Shown here one piece after another: positions 1 to 14,440 of a DNA stretch of 64,000 bases. Position numbers and translations under genes: made by a program. Positions within the stretch are counted from its first letter, which is position 1. Each line of letters starts with the position of its first letter. Source of the DNA: Podarcis erhardii (taxonomy: Eukaryota). Under the pieces are notes generated by a model. It worked only from the letters and a program-made list of their open reading frames with translations, was not told the DNA's origin and made no database searches. The DNA is taken from assembly GCA_964252035.1 (NCBI GenBank), contig OZ176213.1; one strand, given 5' to 3'.

Positions 1-866
1 TGTTGGGGTTTGGCAGAGAAATAGCACCCAAGCTGGCAAGTGGGGAGAACCTTTCTCCTCCTCTGGGAAATGTGGGAAAATGCCTTTGCACCACCAGCTC
101 TTTCCTGCTGGGATGAGCCAGCAGCTGGTGAAACAGGGAAGGGCACTTTGCCTCAAGCACCACGTGCAAGATGCACAGTCTCCCTCTCAGGCCTTGAAAA
201 GTTACCACCCTCTTGCAAATGCACACAAGATGTGTCATTTAAACCTTCCCTATTATTCTTAAGCTTTGCCAGCAGGGCTTGGATGTGCCTTGGGAGTTCC
301 TTGCTCCAATGCACATTATTTTGCCACCTCCGTGCTGTGACTTTTCTGCAAGAAGCATTGCAAGGGAGGAGGCAAAATCTTCCCATTCTCTCCCCTCCAC
401 AAAGCTCATCTTGCTTTTTTGTGCCAAAGAAAACCACACCACAATTTTGGACGGGAAACCGAGAGACATTTGTATTGTCCCTGTCAGTGCTCAGGTGCCC
501 AAAACAGTGCTCAGGTGCCCAAAGTCACTAAACAGCAGATAGGAACACCCCACCTATGCCCATCCAGGAGAGATTCGGTCAGTCTGTGCCCCCCCCCCCC
601 ATTCAGCCCATCTCTCCAGCACAGACTGAATTAAACTCAAGGTTTTCTCCAGATTATCAGTACGGCATGGTTGCATCTCACACATTTAACTTGAGTGATT
701 TCAAATATATATGGTTGAAGGAAGGCTGGATGAAATTCCATAAGTTAAATGGAAGCAAGGCAGATAACTTAAAAGCTCTTTTTGCACCGGGGTTTCCCAG
801 CACGAAAAGAGTTGTGAAACTCTCTGCCTTTCTTTTCGGGTGCTGGTTTTGGGATGCTCTCACAAG

Positions 867-1048
867 CAGTGCTTTTTTCCTGTGGGGGGTACGCAGGGGT
901 ACGCATACCCCTAAACATTTTGTGAATCTTTGTACTTTTGTCCATTTACTGTATTTATTTCCCCCAATTTGAACTATAAAATGGTGATTTTTCTTGAGTC
1001 AAAATGAGAGTACCCCTAAACGTTGTTTTTTAAAGAAAAAACACACTG
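867..1048. mobile_element. hAT-type MITE, 182 bp
   Basis: Termini CAGTGCTTTTTTC...GAAAAAACACACTG. Perfect 8-bp TSD CTCACAAG at 859-866 and 1049-1056. Confidence 0.85.
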
Positions 1049-2168
1049 CTCACAAGATTTTGCAAGTCTTCTCTGAATTCCCACGAGATCTCATGCCAGC
1101 ATTCCTAGCCTTCCGGAGACAGCACACTGAGCAGGTTTTGCCCTGCAAGCAAGGCAGAAGGCAGAGTGCAAAAAGAGCTTTTAGGCTAGGGATGCCTGGG
1201 CGCGGCAGTTTGAGTATATGCCTTTTGCCATATATGCAGAACCCTTGGAACTGAACCTCCATATAAGATACTGTACTTTGTGGGATTCACCTTTCCTCCA
1301 TATGACCTGCCTACTGACCATTCATCCTAATTTGCCGGGCACAAAGCTTACCTGGGGGTTAGACGAAGCCTAGTCTTTACTGAGCTTTCTTCTGATTTGC
1401 TTGTGGGGGAACTTATGCCTCTGCTCCCTCATCTTTTGTTCATCCCACGCTTTTCAGTGCTTGCCCTCTCCTAACCACAAAAGTCTACTTATTTATTTTT
1501 TAATGGATAAGTTATGTGAAGGTGACAGAGTGCTCTAATTGCACAGGCCTACATTTCTTTTCCTGTGCCTAAAGCTGTCCCACAAAGTAGTGACATGGCC
1601 TGGAGCAGCAGTTTGAAATTTGCCAGTCATCAGGAACATTTTGCACCTGGCTAATTGGCCACTGGCAACCAAGTCAAGATGCCCGGGTGTCAGGATGGCG
1701 CCAGACAACTCCACCGTCTAGAGGTGCATGCCTGGAGATTCTTGGATCTGGACTGTTTTCACACATTAGCAACACATCCTGTAGAATTCCACCCATTATA
1801 TTTTATCTGCACAACCAAAACAAATTTCAGAAACCAAAAAGTCGTGCTGAAAAATACAACTTTTGAGCTGTCTGGCCCCAAAAGGCAACTAGGCATTCCG
1901 TTTTGGTGCTTGTAACCCTGGTTTAAGTTGCCATTTGAGAAACTATCTGAATTTCTAACACTGGGCCCTGGAGGCACCATCCATCACAGGCTGGGAATTT
2001 AGTTGTACACAATTGGTTGCATCTCTGGTGCGACAAATCTATTTAAAAACAACAGCATACTTTTTGCAATTTGAAAAATGGTGGAGAAATGCATTAAAAG
2101 GTGCGCTGACAGGTCAATGGGAAGGTGCTAGCAAATGAGCACAAATGCTCAGGAAAGGCCACACATCA

Positions 2169-2405
<237 letters not shown>

Positions 2406-3728
2406 TCACAACTACAGCACTCTTGAGTGCAAATAGATGGCTGCCTCCTCTGACCTTCTGACTCCTGCTAAAGAGGTTGCAAAAGCTAGAAGCAGCAAGG
2501 AGGTTCTTCAGGCATCATCCAGAAAAGCCCAAGGTTGGAAATTAACGGAGCTGGGGGCTGGAGCACTTGTAAGGCAGAGCCACCTCTCCACAAAGCCAGG
2601 ACTCCTGGGACTTTGCTGCGGCTGCTGCATAGAATTGTAGAATTGCAGAGCTGGAAGGGTTCCCAATGATCCTCTAGTCCACCCCTGAAACCCAGGAATC
2701 ACAACTGCTCCCTTCAGAAGAATTTTAATTTGCAGGGGGCATAGCCCAGTGATTAAGCACCTGCTTTGCATAAAAAGGTCTTGGGTTTGATCCCTGGCAG
2801 CATTTTTCAGCCCAACTGACCACACAGATTGTCATGAGGATAAAATCAGAAAGAACTAGGAGTGCTGCCTAGAGCTCATTGCAAAAAAGATTGGATACAA
2901 ATGTAATGATAGTAATACTAATATTAATGTTGATGTCACCAGTATTTTTTTTTTAAGAGTACCAGAATTGATGTGTGAACATTGATTGTATAACTAAATA
3001 AAAGCCAATGCAATATTTTCCCCCTCCCCAGCTATTTTTAGGTTTTCCTGATCCACAGGATATTTGGAAGAGTTTGATTTTAGGAAACGAAGAGTGGCCA
3101 AGTGCTGTCCCTGAACTCAGGGCTCCATTCCCTGCTGATGGCCAGGCTTGATATCCATCTGTTGAACGCCAAATTGGATTGGCATTTGCGTCAAAGGCAA
3201 ATTAGCATTAACTTCGGAGAGAGGAGTTTAGCTTGCGGAGATTAAGATAAACATGTTCCGAACAAGAGGGAACGGGAGTTAGGAACAGGGGACTGGGCCA
3301 CTGGGGTGGCGGGTGAGACTTTTGTTTCCAAAAGCTACAATGAACCTCCCAGGCGGCCGTGAAATCACGCAAAATCAAAGGTGGGAGAAAGGCTTTCTAC
3401 AGGCTCCCAAACCCTGCTGAACTGAGTTATGACACAGAATTTGTCTGGGTGTGCTGGGGGTGAGAGAGAGTCACTCTACTTTCTGGCTTTTGTGGGGGGG
3501 GGAGGGGGGATGTCCTTTCCTTAGCCTTGTCACTCTTTGTTCCTGGCAGCTGAGCACTGAAGTCTCTTCTCTTGTTATTGAAAGTAATGCTTTATTCACA
3601 TCCGAGATCATTGGGGGTGAAACATAAAGAAGACTGTGGAGGTTTTATTTTGGATTGAAGTCACACCCCTCATCCCCCCCCGCCCCCAGCCAACAAGAGT
3701 GCTGGGAGGGGCTCAGACATAACACTGG

Positions 3729-4392
3729 TCTTGAAAGACCTACACTGGCTTCCAGTATGTTTCCAAGCACAATTCAAAGTGTTGGTGCTGACCTTTAAAG
3801 CCCTAAATGGCCCCGGCCCAGTATACCTGAAGGAGCGTCTCCACCTCCATCATTCTGCCCGGACACTGAGGTACAGCACCGAGGGCCTTCTGGCCGTTCC
3901 CTCGCTGCAAGAAGCCTAGTTACAGGGAACCAGGCAGAGAAAAACAACTACCAGAGAAAAACAACTACCAAACTGGCGAGAGCCAGTGTGGTGTAGTGGT
4001 TAAGAGTAGTAGTCTCGTAATCTGGGGAACCGGGTTCATGTCTCCGCTCCTCCACATGCAGCTGCTGGGTGACCTTGGGCTAGTCACACTTCTCTGAAGT
4101 CTCTCAGCCCCACTCACCTCACAGAGTGTTTGTTGTGGGGGAGGAAGGGAAAGGAGATTGTTAGCCGCTTTGAGACTCCTTAAAGGGAGTGAAAGGCGGG
4201 ATATCAAATCCAAACTCTTCTTCTTCTTCTCTTCAAACAACTACAAGACATCTGAACACAGCCCTGTTTAGGGTAGCTTTTAATGTTTAATAGATTATTG
4301 TATTTTAATATTCTGTTGGAAGCTGCCCAGAGTGGCTGGGGAAACCCAGCCAGATGGGTGGGGTATAAATAATAAATTATTATTATTATTAT
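3729..4392 (+). mobile_element. L2-clade LINE 3' fragment, interrupted by a SINE
   Basis: The translation LHWLPVCFQAQFKVLVLTFKALNGPGPVYLKERL is typical of the L2 ORF2 C-terminus. The sequence resumes after the SINE and ends in an (ATT)n tail at ~4378-4392. Confidence 0.8.
3975..4234 (+). mobile_element. tRNA/MIR-related SINE (Squam3-type)
   Basis: A-box head AGCCAGTGTGGTGTAGTGG, CORE-like GGTGACCTTGGGCTAGTCAC, and a (CTT)n tail. AAACAACTAC occurs on both sides as a probable TSD. Confidence 0.8.
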
Positions 4393-4669
4393 CAGACCCT
4401 TTGCAGTCTTTTAAAAACACATCTCTCGTTTTCCACAGCTGGTTTCTTAGCCAGAGAAGTTCTGGGTGGCCAGCCCCAAAGGCTACTCCACCAACATGCT
4501 GGGTTCTTGGTCTAGTCTGCACAATTCTTCTTTTTACTAGAATGAGGTTACCAGATTTTTAAAAATGAATCTGGGGACACTTTCCAACTTCCTACTAAAT
4601 AGATGGATTTTGTCAGGGGACGGGTTTGTAAATCTGGGAAACGGGAATGTCTGTTAACCTTATGCTAGA

Positions 4670-4902
4670 AGAAGCAGTGGTGCCATATTGGTTGGAGTGT
4701 TGGCCTGAGACCTTGAGAGTCTGGGGGTGTAATCCCCACTCAGCCACAAAGCCCATTGGGTGACCTGGCACTCACCTCAGCCTTGCCTACCTCACAGGGT
4801 TGTTGTGAGGATAAAATGGGGAGGAAGAGAGCCATGAATGCCACCTTAAGCTCCATGGAGGATGATATGAACGTAACAAAATAAATAAATAAATAAATAA
4901 AA
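4670..4902 (+). mobile_element. Degraded MIR/Squam3-like SINE
   Basis: GGGTGACCTGGC...CAGCCTTGCCTACCTCACAGGGTTGTTGTGAGGATAAAATGG core and an (AAAT)n tail. Confidence 0.6.
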
Positions 4903-5291
4903 AATACTACCCTGAGGGCTAGTAACTTGGTGTGTGTGTGTTGAGCAACAAGACTAATTTAGAGAATAACAAAAATCCACATCACAACAAGGCATAATAC
5001 CCATAAAAGGTGTTCACATAACATCTTCGATCCAGCCAGCTCAAATTTCATTGCAGTTCTTTGTCTTATTTCTTCTCTTTTAAGCTACCCGTTCATTTAT
5101 TGTTTTGTTTGTTTTTGGTCTGGTTCCAGCCCTCAGTTGGCTCCTGAAGCAGCAGCCACGGTTTTCAGTTACAAATGTTACAAAGAGAAGGGAGTGGGGA
5201 GCTCCTGGGCAAAGATGAGAACCATTCAGACTTACACTGGGGACTCACAAATCAAACAAGAAAAACAATACAGCTCCACCCTTGGAGATCA

Positions 5292-6035
<744 letters not shown>

Positions 6036-6063
6036 TTAAACCAGATAGGCGCTCTCACTCTTT

Positions 6064-6066
<3 letters not shown>

Positions 6067-6142
<76 letters not shown>
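6067..6142. repeat. Compound (CA)n(GA)n microsatellite
   Basis: Direct reading. Confidence 0.95.
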
Positions 6143-6145
<3 letters not shown>

Positions 6146-6813
6146 TTTGTAAATCTGTCTGTGCTTTCCTACCCAGAGTTGAAATACATAACCTTTCAGC
6201 AGTGGCATACCGTGGGTTGCCAGCTCCTGGGGCAGAGGTGGATGGGTGGGAGGGAAATGGATGCAGTACACCTGCACATTCAACTGCCTAATGGCATTCG
6301 CGTCACCCAGGAGATAAGAAAAAAAGAGTTGTTCCATTGTCTGGAGAAGTCACTTCCTGGTTTGCATGGAGCAGTCGTTTTCAGCAACAGAAGTGCGCAG
6401 CTGTATTGAGTCAGCACCAGGTGTTGAAATTTCACGCCTTCTAGGGAGCTACTTTCCCCCCACCCTCCTCTCTTAAATACCATGTAGGTAAGTATGTTCA
6501 GAACTGGGCCTTCTGGACTACACTGGCACAAACCACTTGTCTGTAGAGCCCTGGAACCTGTTGCTCTCTGAAGAACGGGGCCTGGCGCTCCCAGGCTGCA
6601 GCTCTGTGGATGACCACCTTAACCCAGCTGAAGCTGCAGGGAACTGGAAACAACAACATGAAAGCTGTGCCTTGGTTTGCTCCTCCCTGGGGCTGGGGCG
6701 AGGAGTGGTAGCAATGAGAAAAAAGGAAAAGAATGGAACAGGAGGTGGCTTTTTCAGCCAACACAGCAATGCCTTTCCTATAGGAGCGGAATGGGTATTT
6801 GAAGAGGCTCCTT

Positions 6814-6878
<65 letters not shown>

Positions 6879-8010
6879 AGCAGAGTGGAAATAGGGGAAA
6901 TAAGGGGCAAACTGCAACCCTATCGACCCCTGATCTAGATGCTCATTTGACAATGCCCAACAAACCAAGGTTAAGTAATGGAATTCTGATGGCTAACAAT
7001 CAGAATTGCAAAGCACAGGGATGGCAAAAGGCAACTTGGAGTAACAGAGCAAGTGTTAGACCCGTGAGAGTCAAATTCAAATTCCTGCTTAGCTGTGAAG
7101 CTTCAGGCCAGTCACTCTGACTCTCTGCCTAGCTGACCTCACAGGGCCATTGTGAGGATGAAAGGGGGATCACAGGGACAACCACACATGATGCCTTCTG
7201 TTTCCTGGGGCGGGGAAGGTGAAATAAATCAGCCAATGAGCAAACTGGTGGAGGGAGGCAAAGGATTCATGAGTTGGTTTCTTAAAAGCATTTGGGACAC
7301 AGCAATGCCCCGTACACAGTGCATTTGACGGAAGAAAAAGCCTCAGGCCAGCAAGGGGAGGAAGTCATCCACATTCCTCAGGGGAGATTGTGAGGTACTG
7401 TGGTTTTGTCTTCTTTCCTCTGAGTTATATCTGGAGAAGCTCAAACCAAAGTTTAAGTTTCCTGAGAGCTATGCAAGGGTGCTGATCCTATGTGTTGCAA
7501 CAGGGGCAGCAGCAGCAGCCGCCCTTGGAGCACACACAAACAGCTGAAATGGAGGGGGCAGACCTTGTGATTGTGGCTGTGCAATGAGATATGTGGGGCA
7601 TCCCTTCACATCTCTGGGTTGAAAGATTTCTTTCTTGCAAATGGAACGGATATTTTGCTTTTGTGCATTGAAAAAGCCATCAGTTGCCTTGGGCGGATGG
7701 CACTAGTTCAGGAGCAGCTCACCTGCGCTGCAAAAAATATTTAGTATGCAAATACCACAATGCTTTCAAAGTCTTTACAAAGAGCTTTACACTTTCCCCA
7801 GGCATACCTAAAAGGACGGCATTAAGAACTTGCATTTTGATGCTGGAATAAAACCAACTTGGTGTGTCAAAATAATTTTTTGAAAATGGATCTGCAGCTC
7901 CTACTCTTCATGGGAGCTCAGCAACTCATTTGCAGCAGCAGTCGCCGCCCTCCCAATCTGCCCCGGCTGCCAGCAGCTCTGCTCCCAGTTCAACATGCTG
8001 TGCTACTTAC

Positions 8011-8174
8011 GTCATCGCTTGGTAGATGTATTCGATGCCATAACGCATTGCAAACTCGTCAACGATCTCTTGGGCGGCTTCATCAAAGTAGACCTTCCAG
8101 GCCTCGTCTCCTTTGACTGCAGGGATCTGCACAGCCCCGCTTGACTTCACCTCAGTCAAGTAATGGAAGAGGTT
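8011..8174 (-). CDS. UNC13C: UNC13C exon, 164 nt
   Basis: [54 protein letters not shown](T). Boundaries are cag| and |gtaagt. Confidence 0.98.
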
Positions 8175-8627
8175 CTGAAGGGAACACATTTTTCACCTTA
8201 ATTGGAAATTTCAACCTCCAAGTGCACTGGAGAAGACAGGGCTGTATTATGCTCACATTTCCTCCAAACTTTCATTAATTTCACATCCTATTTGCTTGTT
8301 ACAGGGATCTTTGGACGAATGAGGTCTGAGAAAAGCTTAGAGCCCCAAAACATCCTCCTGGAATGCCAGGAGCGATTTGGCCCCCTCATTTCCTGGCCTT
8401 GGCACAAGCCCCCTCGCCCCCTCCTCAGCTTCTTACCCCCTACCAGTCCTGATCAGTTTGCCATCTTGTAGACTCTGCACCCACCCACCCAGCCACCCAC
8501 CTATGGGCCCTGCCTGGTCTTCCTCTCTCAGCCACAAAGCCTTGTCCCCCTGAGAGTCACCGCCAGGCTCCTCGCAAGCTACCACTGGGCCATGCGCATG
8601 AAGGAAAAGTCCCATTCCACCACATAC

Positions 8628-8743
8628 CTCATGTAAGCAGGTGTATTGCACATGATAAGGGGCTACCTTCTCCTCTCCTTTTATCTCAACGTTGAGCTTC
8701 AACCGAATGGCTCCGGAGACAGCAGATTTATCGGTTCGTTTGT
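8628..8743 (-). CDS. UNC13C: UNC13C exon, 116 nt
   Basis: (D)[38 protein letters not shown]. Boundaries are tag| and |gtatgt. Confidence 0.98.
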
Positions 8744-9975
8744 CTAGTAAAAGCAGGCGGGGGAGGAGAGAAGGAAAGAAAGATGTTGGCTGTGGCCAAA
8801 GAAGCTATTGTTGGCAGCTGAGAGGACCAAATGCTGCCACAAGCAGATGTCACTGCTTTTGTGCAAGTAATTTTGGCCACGTGCAAAGCATTCCTGCAAG
8901 ATGAGCAAGAGTTCTGCCCTCCTCCCGATCCAAAGCTGTGTGCACATGGTGAGTGGTGGAGAAGCTCAAAGGCCTGGGAACATTTTCTGTGAACGCCCCC
9001 TTGAAACCAATGAGACAAAGCAAGAGGTCTGACACACCCAGGAATGATCTGTGTGAATCAGAAGAGGAGTGTGTGTCGCTCCATACAATGCTTTAAAATC
9101 ACTTTAAAATCACCTTCTCTGAACAAGAAGGAGGTGAAAGAAGGGAAAGAAAAAAAGGTTGCGTGTCTGTGCCTTGGCCAGGATCTTCAAGACCACCAAA
9201 GATGGAGGTGATGGACTTGGGTTAGGGGTAGACAAGGCTAGGAAAGAAATGCCTGCTTTGTGGAATGTGGTCCACAGGTAGCAGTCAAGTACAACATTCC
9301 TTGTAACGCAAGAGTGGACATGCAAGGGAATGTTTGGTCCAGCCAGTCGAGACTTATTGTTCCTCCTGGTCTGGATCATCCTTCCTCTTGCATGTGACCA
9401 GAGGTGGGCGTGACCTTACCTGTCCAGGTAACAAAAGGACGAGTCAAGCAGCACCCCTCCCTTCTTTTTCTCTTTCTCCTTTCGTCTGCTTCCAGCTAGG
9501 ACTGCTCTGTTGGTTGCAGCCAGCAGCAGCACTGGGACTGTTCCCCATATGGGGTAAATCCACATGTGGCTATTTGTAACTTTAAGTTTTTAAGCCTGCC
9601 TTCAGGATTGATACTGTGTACTGCCTGAATGTGAGTAAACTTACTTTTTGTTGACTATGAATAGGATTGTGGTGTCTTTATTCTTTTAAGAGGGATTCAA
9701 GGGAACTTACCGGGAATGCACAATTCAATCTGAGGCAGAGGCTCACACGAGCCTGCAACCAGCTATCTGCTGTGCATGTAAGGAAGGGGAATGTAACTCT
9801 TCTACATAAGGAACTTGCTAGTGCAACTTAGGAAGGATATTAATAAACAATATATCCTCTCCTGCCACCCTGAACATTCCCACATGCTTCGACATTCTGT
9901 GTCTGACTCTGGCCACAGGCAAAGGAAGCCCTTTTCCCCTGGGGAGACTTTGCTTGTAACAAGAGTATTGCCTAC

Positions 9976-10145
9976 CAAGGTTGTACCAAACATCCATTTC
10001 TCCGCTGAGGGTTCTCACTTCGATAATGGTTTGCCCCAAGAAGTCATCTGATTCTTTTTTGAAGTGCTGCTTCACCCGAGATTTGATGTCGTCATCCTCA
10101 TCCCAGACTCTGACTTTTATTCTGTCTGTCGAGTTGTGGCATTCG
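9976..10145 (-). CDS. UNC13C: UNC13C exon, 170 nt, second half of the C2B domain
   Basis: [56 protein letters not shown]. The WDED and SDDF acidic ligands are present, and KQHFKK is UNC13C-type. Boundaries are cag| and |gtagg. Confidence 0.98.
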
Positions 10146-10554
10146 CTGAAAAGGAAAAGTCATAGAACAGGTGGTGGCATGTCAGGCCAAGGGGCACTGT
10201 CCCACTGAGCCCAGGGAGCTTCTGGAGGCCTTTGCTTTTTGGGTCTGGCTATGGTTTGAGGTCACACTTGGGCTGCATTTGATAAGCAGCTATCACTCTA
10301 CAAGAGTGACCTCAAACCGTAGCCAGACTCCCACACATAGAAAGAGCTTCTCAGGCCCAGTAAACAGGCAGGTGCCCTTGTTCCTCTCCAGAGGGACCTC
10401 CAGGGTGGGGGAGGGGAGGCTCTCTTGTCCTTCAGAGGAGGAACAAGGATATTAGTCAAGATCATGACCTGGTTTGTCTCAGGCCAGCACAGACTTCAGA
10501 AGTGTGGGCACCACAGAGTTACTAGATAAAAATGCTCAGGTAAGAAGAGGGGAA

Positions 10555-10598
<44 letters not shown>

Positions 10599-10811
10599 GA
10601 GAGAGGGAGAAGGCTCAGCTGGTCCTGGCAGAAGGAGGAAGGCCAAAAATATGGAGAAAGCAGGGTGGGCTGCAGAGTCAAGCCTGAATGCAGCAGCAGC
10701 CACCATCAAGGTCAGAGCCACACCCTAAGCACCAACGGGCTTTTCTTCTGCAGCCTGGACATACGGATTACTGTATCCTTGGGCTCAGAAGTTAATCTGA
10801 GAAAAAACATA

Positions 10812-11480
10812 CCATATTTTTCCATGTATAAGTCGAAAAAAAATTAGGCAAAAATTGGGTGTTGTCTTATACAGTCATACCTCGGGTTAAATATGCTTCA
10901 GGCTGAGCATTTTCAGGTTACTTCTGGGTTTCGCCGCTCACGCATGGGCAGATGCTCAAAATGACATCACATGCATGCACAGAAGCGGCGAATCGTGACC
11001 TGTGCATGCGCAGACACAGGTTGCATTCTGCTCAGGATGTGAACGGGGCTCCGGAACGGATCCCATTTGCATCCAGAGGTACCACTGTACACGGATAGTG
11101 AATGCAGAGGGGGAACGTGCGATTAATGGCAGCAGGAAGCAGGAGATTGGCAGTGGCGATTGGGCAGGTGATTGGTCGCTGTGGCAAGGACTGCTGGCGA
11201 TTGGCTGTGGCAATTGGGCAGGTGATTGACAGCTGCGGCAAGTGGGCGGCTAGGCTGTTGGTGGCGGCAAGTGGGCAGACAATTGGCGGCTGTGGCGAGG
11301 TGTGCGATCGGCAGTGGCTGTGGCAAGCGATTGGCAGTGGAGGGCAGGTGGGTGATTGGCGGAAGTGACCTCCCCCACCCCCCCAAAAAAGCTAAACAAC
11401 TTAATTTCTTAATTTTGGGTAAAAAAAATTAATAGGGGTTGTCTTATACATGGGGTCATTTTATACACGGAAAAATATGG
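10812..11480. mobile_element. Tc1/mariner (pogo/Tc2-like) non-autonomous element with an internal GC-rich degenerate array
   Basis: TA-flanked terminal inverted repeats (TIRs): TACCATATTTTTCCATGTATAA at 10810 versus TTATACACGGAAAAATATGGTA at 11461-11482, a 21/22 inverted match. Confidence 0.8.
10872..11087. mobile_element. Tc1/mariner-type MITE nested in the element above
   Basis: TA|CAGTCATACCTC ... GAGGTACCACTG|TA. Removing it restores GTCTTATACACGGA of the host. Confidence 0.85.
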
Positions 11481-11924
11481 TAGGTGTAAAATGTTGGGGT
11501 TGTTTGTTATTATGATTCTTGATGAATCATGTCTGTGATTATTCATAGGAAATAAAACATTTCCTGTCTTGTCAAAGAGATGAAAAGCAAATCTAGGTCA
11601 CGACATAAACAGAACCTGGTTACTGTGGTTTCTCCAGCCTGTTGTTAATTATCTGCTTTACCTCCCCATCCCCCCACCCCAGTTCAAGCCTGGCTCTCCA
11701 GCTGATGAGGTGACATGATTCAGAAGCTCTGGCCCTGAGCAGGTGCAAGGTAAACAGTGGAAACCTCCCCCCCCCCATATTTATGCAACCAGTTTGGAGC
11801 CTGGGCTGCTGAATGCAGGAGCTGAAGGGGCCGCTTCTCAGTAGCCTCTGGGTGAGAAACGCTCTTCCACTTTGGGGCTCCTCAGTGGATTCAGATCAGC
11901 TCTGTGTGTTGCCTTTTGCCAAGT

Positions 11925-11957
<33 letters not shown>

Positions 11958-12447
11958 TCACATGCACAAAACTTTCTGCCTTCCTCTGAAAAGCAGCAGC
12001 TCCCCAAGACTTGCAACCCTGTGTAGCAACGTAGGAGCAAGGATTGCCTCGAAGCTGGGCAGGTGGCATTGGGAGGACGAGTTTCAGGAGCATGGATGAA
12101 GGGGCGGTAGCTCCACCCTGCCTGCCAGGGCAGCACTTTCCCCTATTTTACTTATTAATTGGGGGGGGGCAGCTTAGTAAATGATGGGAAAGAACAACAA
12201 GTGAAATAAGAAGTAAAACATAAGACCATTTTAAAAGAGGGAGACGACATGGAAATGTCAGAAAAGAATTCACTGCACCCCCCTCCCAATTAAAAACAGA
12301 AGGCCAGATGAGAGGAGTTATTTCAAAAGGCCTGGGTGAGGAGAAACTTCTTCATCATGCACAGAAAAGACCTCAGAAATGGTACCAGGCAACCCGCTCT
12401 GGCATGTATGTCTGCTGCCTAAGTGGGGGGCTACCATTGAAGTACAT

Positions 12448-12740
12448 NNNNNNNNNNNNNNNNNNNNNNNNNNNNNNNNNNNNNNNNNNNNNNNNNNNNN
12501 NNNNNNNNNNNNNNNNNNNNNNNNNNNNNNNNNNNNNNNNNNNNNNNNNNNNNNNNNNNNNNNNNNNNNNNNNNNNNNNNNNNNNNNNNNNNNNNNNNNN
12601 NNNNNNNNNNNNNNNNNNNNNNNNNNNNNNNNNNNNNNNNNNNNNNNNNNNNNNNNNNNNNNNNNNNNNNNNNNNNNNNNNNNNNNNNNNNNNNNNNNNN
12701 NNNNNNNNNNNNNNNNNNNNNNNNNNNNNNNNNNNNNNNN
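12448..12740. other. Assembly gap (293 N)
   Basis: Run of N. Confidence 1.
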
Positions 12741-12985
12741 TTACGTCTGCTTCATGTTATGCTCTTTCAGGTTGCGTCCTGCAGCGACCTGGAAGTACTG
12801 GAAAGGGTTACTTCCGGGTTTCGCCACTCATGCATGCGCAGAAGCGCAAAATGATATCACGCGCATGCGCAGAAGTGGCAAATCGCAACCTGTGCGTGCG
12901 CAGACACGCCGCTGTGGGTTGCGCTCTTTTCATGTTGTGAACGGGCCTCCAGAACAGATCCCGTTCGCAACCAGAGGTACCACTG
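12741..12985. mobile_element. Second copy of the 10872-type MITE, left end lost in the gap
   Basis: Shares GGGTTTCGCC, ATGCGCAGA repeats and the GAGGTACCACTG|TA end with 10872-11087. Confidence 0.85.
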
Positions 12986-13015
12986 TATCTATCTTCTGAA
13001 TGGATTTCCTATGAG

Positions 13016-13049
<34 letters not shown>

Positions 13050-14059
13050 GTGCTCTGTGCAAATGCTTGCCTAGTTTGCTCCCTGGAAGGCTCAGCATCC
13101 TTCTCCTGGATCTGCCATCCTCTCCTCCTGCATGGCATATTTATAACTATGCAGATTTTCCCAAGAGAGCAAGGCTTAACACTATGAGGGTAGTGCCAGG
13201 ATCGAACCCACAACCCAAGGGCCTTGTAAGGTCTAAATGAAGTTATTCGTGGGAGTTCCAGTTCTCCTCCTTTCCCCCAGGAGACTGGCAGCATTTTCAC
13301 AAAATCAATTCTTCCCTGCTATAAATAATTGAAGGAGGAAGAAAACGCTGCATTTTTATAGTGGCTCCAAATAGCATCAAAGCCGTGCAGCACCAGTAGC
13401 GGGAGGCAGAGCCAAATTTACTTGCTGGGGGCGGCGGGGGAGGGAGGAGAGGGACTTTCACTGCACCGGGCATGCTAGACAAAATCCTGACTGCTGTGCT
13501 TGATTGTCTTAATTAACTTACAGAGTGGCAACACAATCCATTTGATCAGATTTTAAAGTGACAGCAGAGAGAGTAATCTGTAGTCATTTTGAAAGAAACA
13601 AGAAGAGATATCAAGTTACTTTGGAGCGGCTCAGAACACAGGTGTAAGATTTCTGGGAAACTTTTGGAAAATTTGAGCCTGGGGGAGGGACTTGAAATCT
13701 GAAGAATATACACTGTTTATTATCAGATGTAAACTAATTTTACTGCTTTAACAACACAAAACACATCACACGTAACTTAGCCAGGATATACAATTGTACT
13801 GGCATATTTATGACAACTACAGAGCAGCCATTTGCATCCTAAGACCCAACTCTGTTCAGTGGAGCTTCCTCGTAGAAAAAGGCACAGAGGAATGCAACCT
13901 CAAAATGCCTACATCCACTGAACTCAATGGGCTTTACTTCCAAGTAGACATGTACAGGATTGGCCAGGTCTGCAGGTCAGCATCTAGTATCTGCAAACTG
14001 AATCGGAAGTCACTGGAAGAAGGCAAAGAACAATTTGCGAGCAACAAAGTTGGTGGTGA

Positions 14060-14440
14060 TGGTAAAAAGGTAAAGAACCCCTGGACAGTTAAGTCCTGTC
14101 AAAGGCGACTATGGGGTAGTGGTGCTCGTCTCGCTTTCAGGTCAAGGCAGCCGGCTTTTGTCTGCAGACAGCTTTCCAGGCCATGTGGCCAGCATGACTA
14201 AACTGCTTCTGGCACAAAGGAACACCGTGACGGAAACCAGAGCTCATGGAAATGCTGTTTACATTCCCGCCTCAGCAGTACCTATTTATCTACTTGCACT
14301 GGCATGCTTTCGAACTGCTAGGTTGGCAAGAGCTGGGACAGAGCAATGGGAACTCACTCCATTGCGGGGATTCGAACCGCCGACCTTCTGATCGGCAAGC
14401 CCAAGAGGCTCAGTGGTTTAGACCACAGTGCCACCTGCGT
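14060..14440 (-). mobile_element. Sauria SINE (Squam1)
   Basis: Reverse complement has a GTGGCACTGTGGTCTAAACCAC head, a GGTTCGAATCCC B-box, the GCTGGCCACATG body and a (TTTACC) tail. Confidence 0.93.

Noticed and set aside
2741-2812. tRNA-Ala-like sequence, and tRNA-Lys-like stretches at 45036 and 48050-48098
   Set aside because: Degenerate, with no intact cloverleaf, and joined to SINE bodies. These are SINE heads, not tRNA genes.
12308-12999. Two >200-aa ORFs
   Set aside because: Artefacts of translating through the 293-N gap and a MITE.
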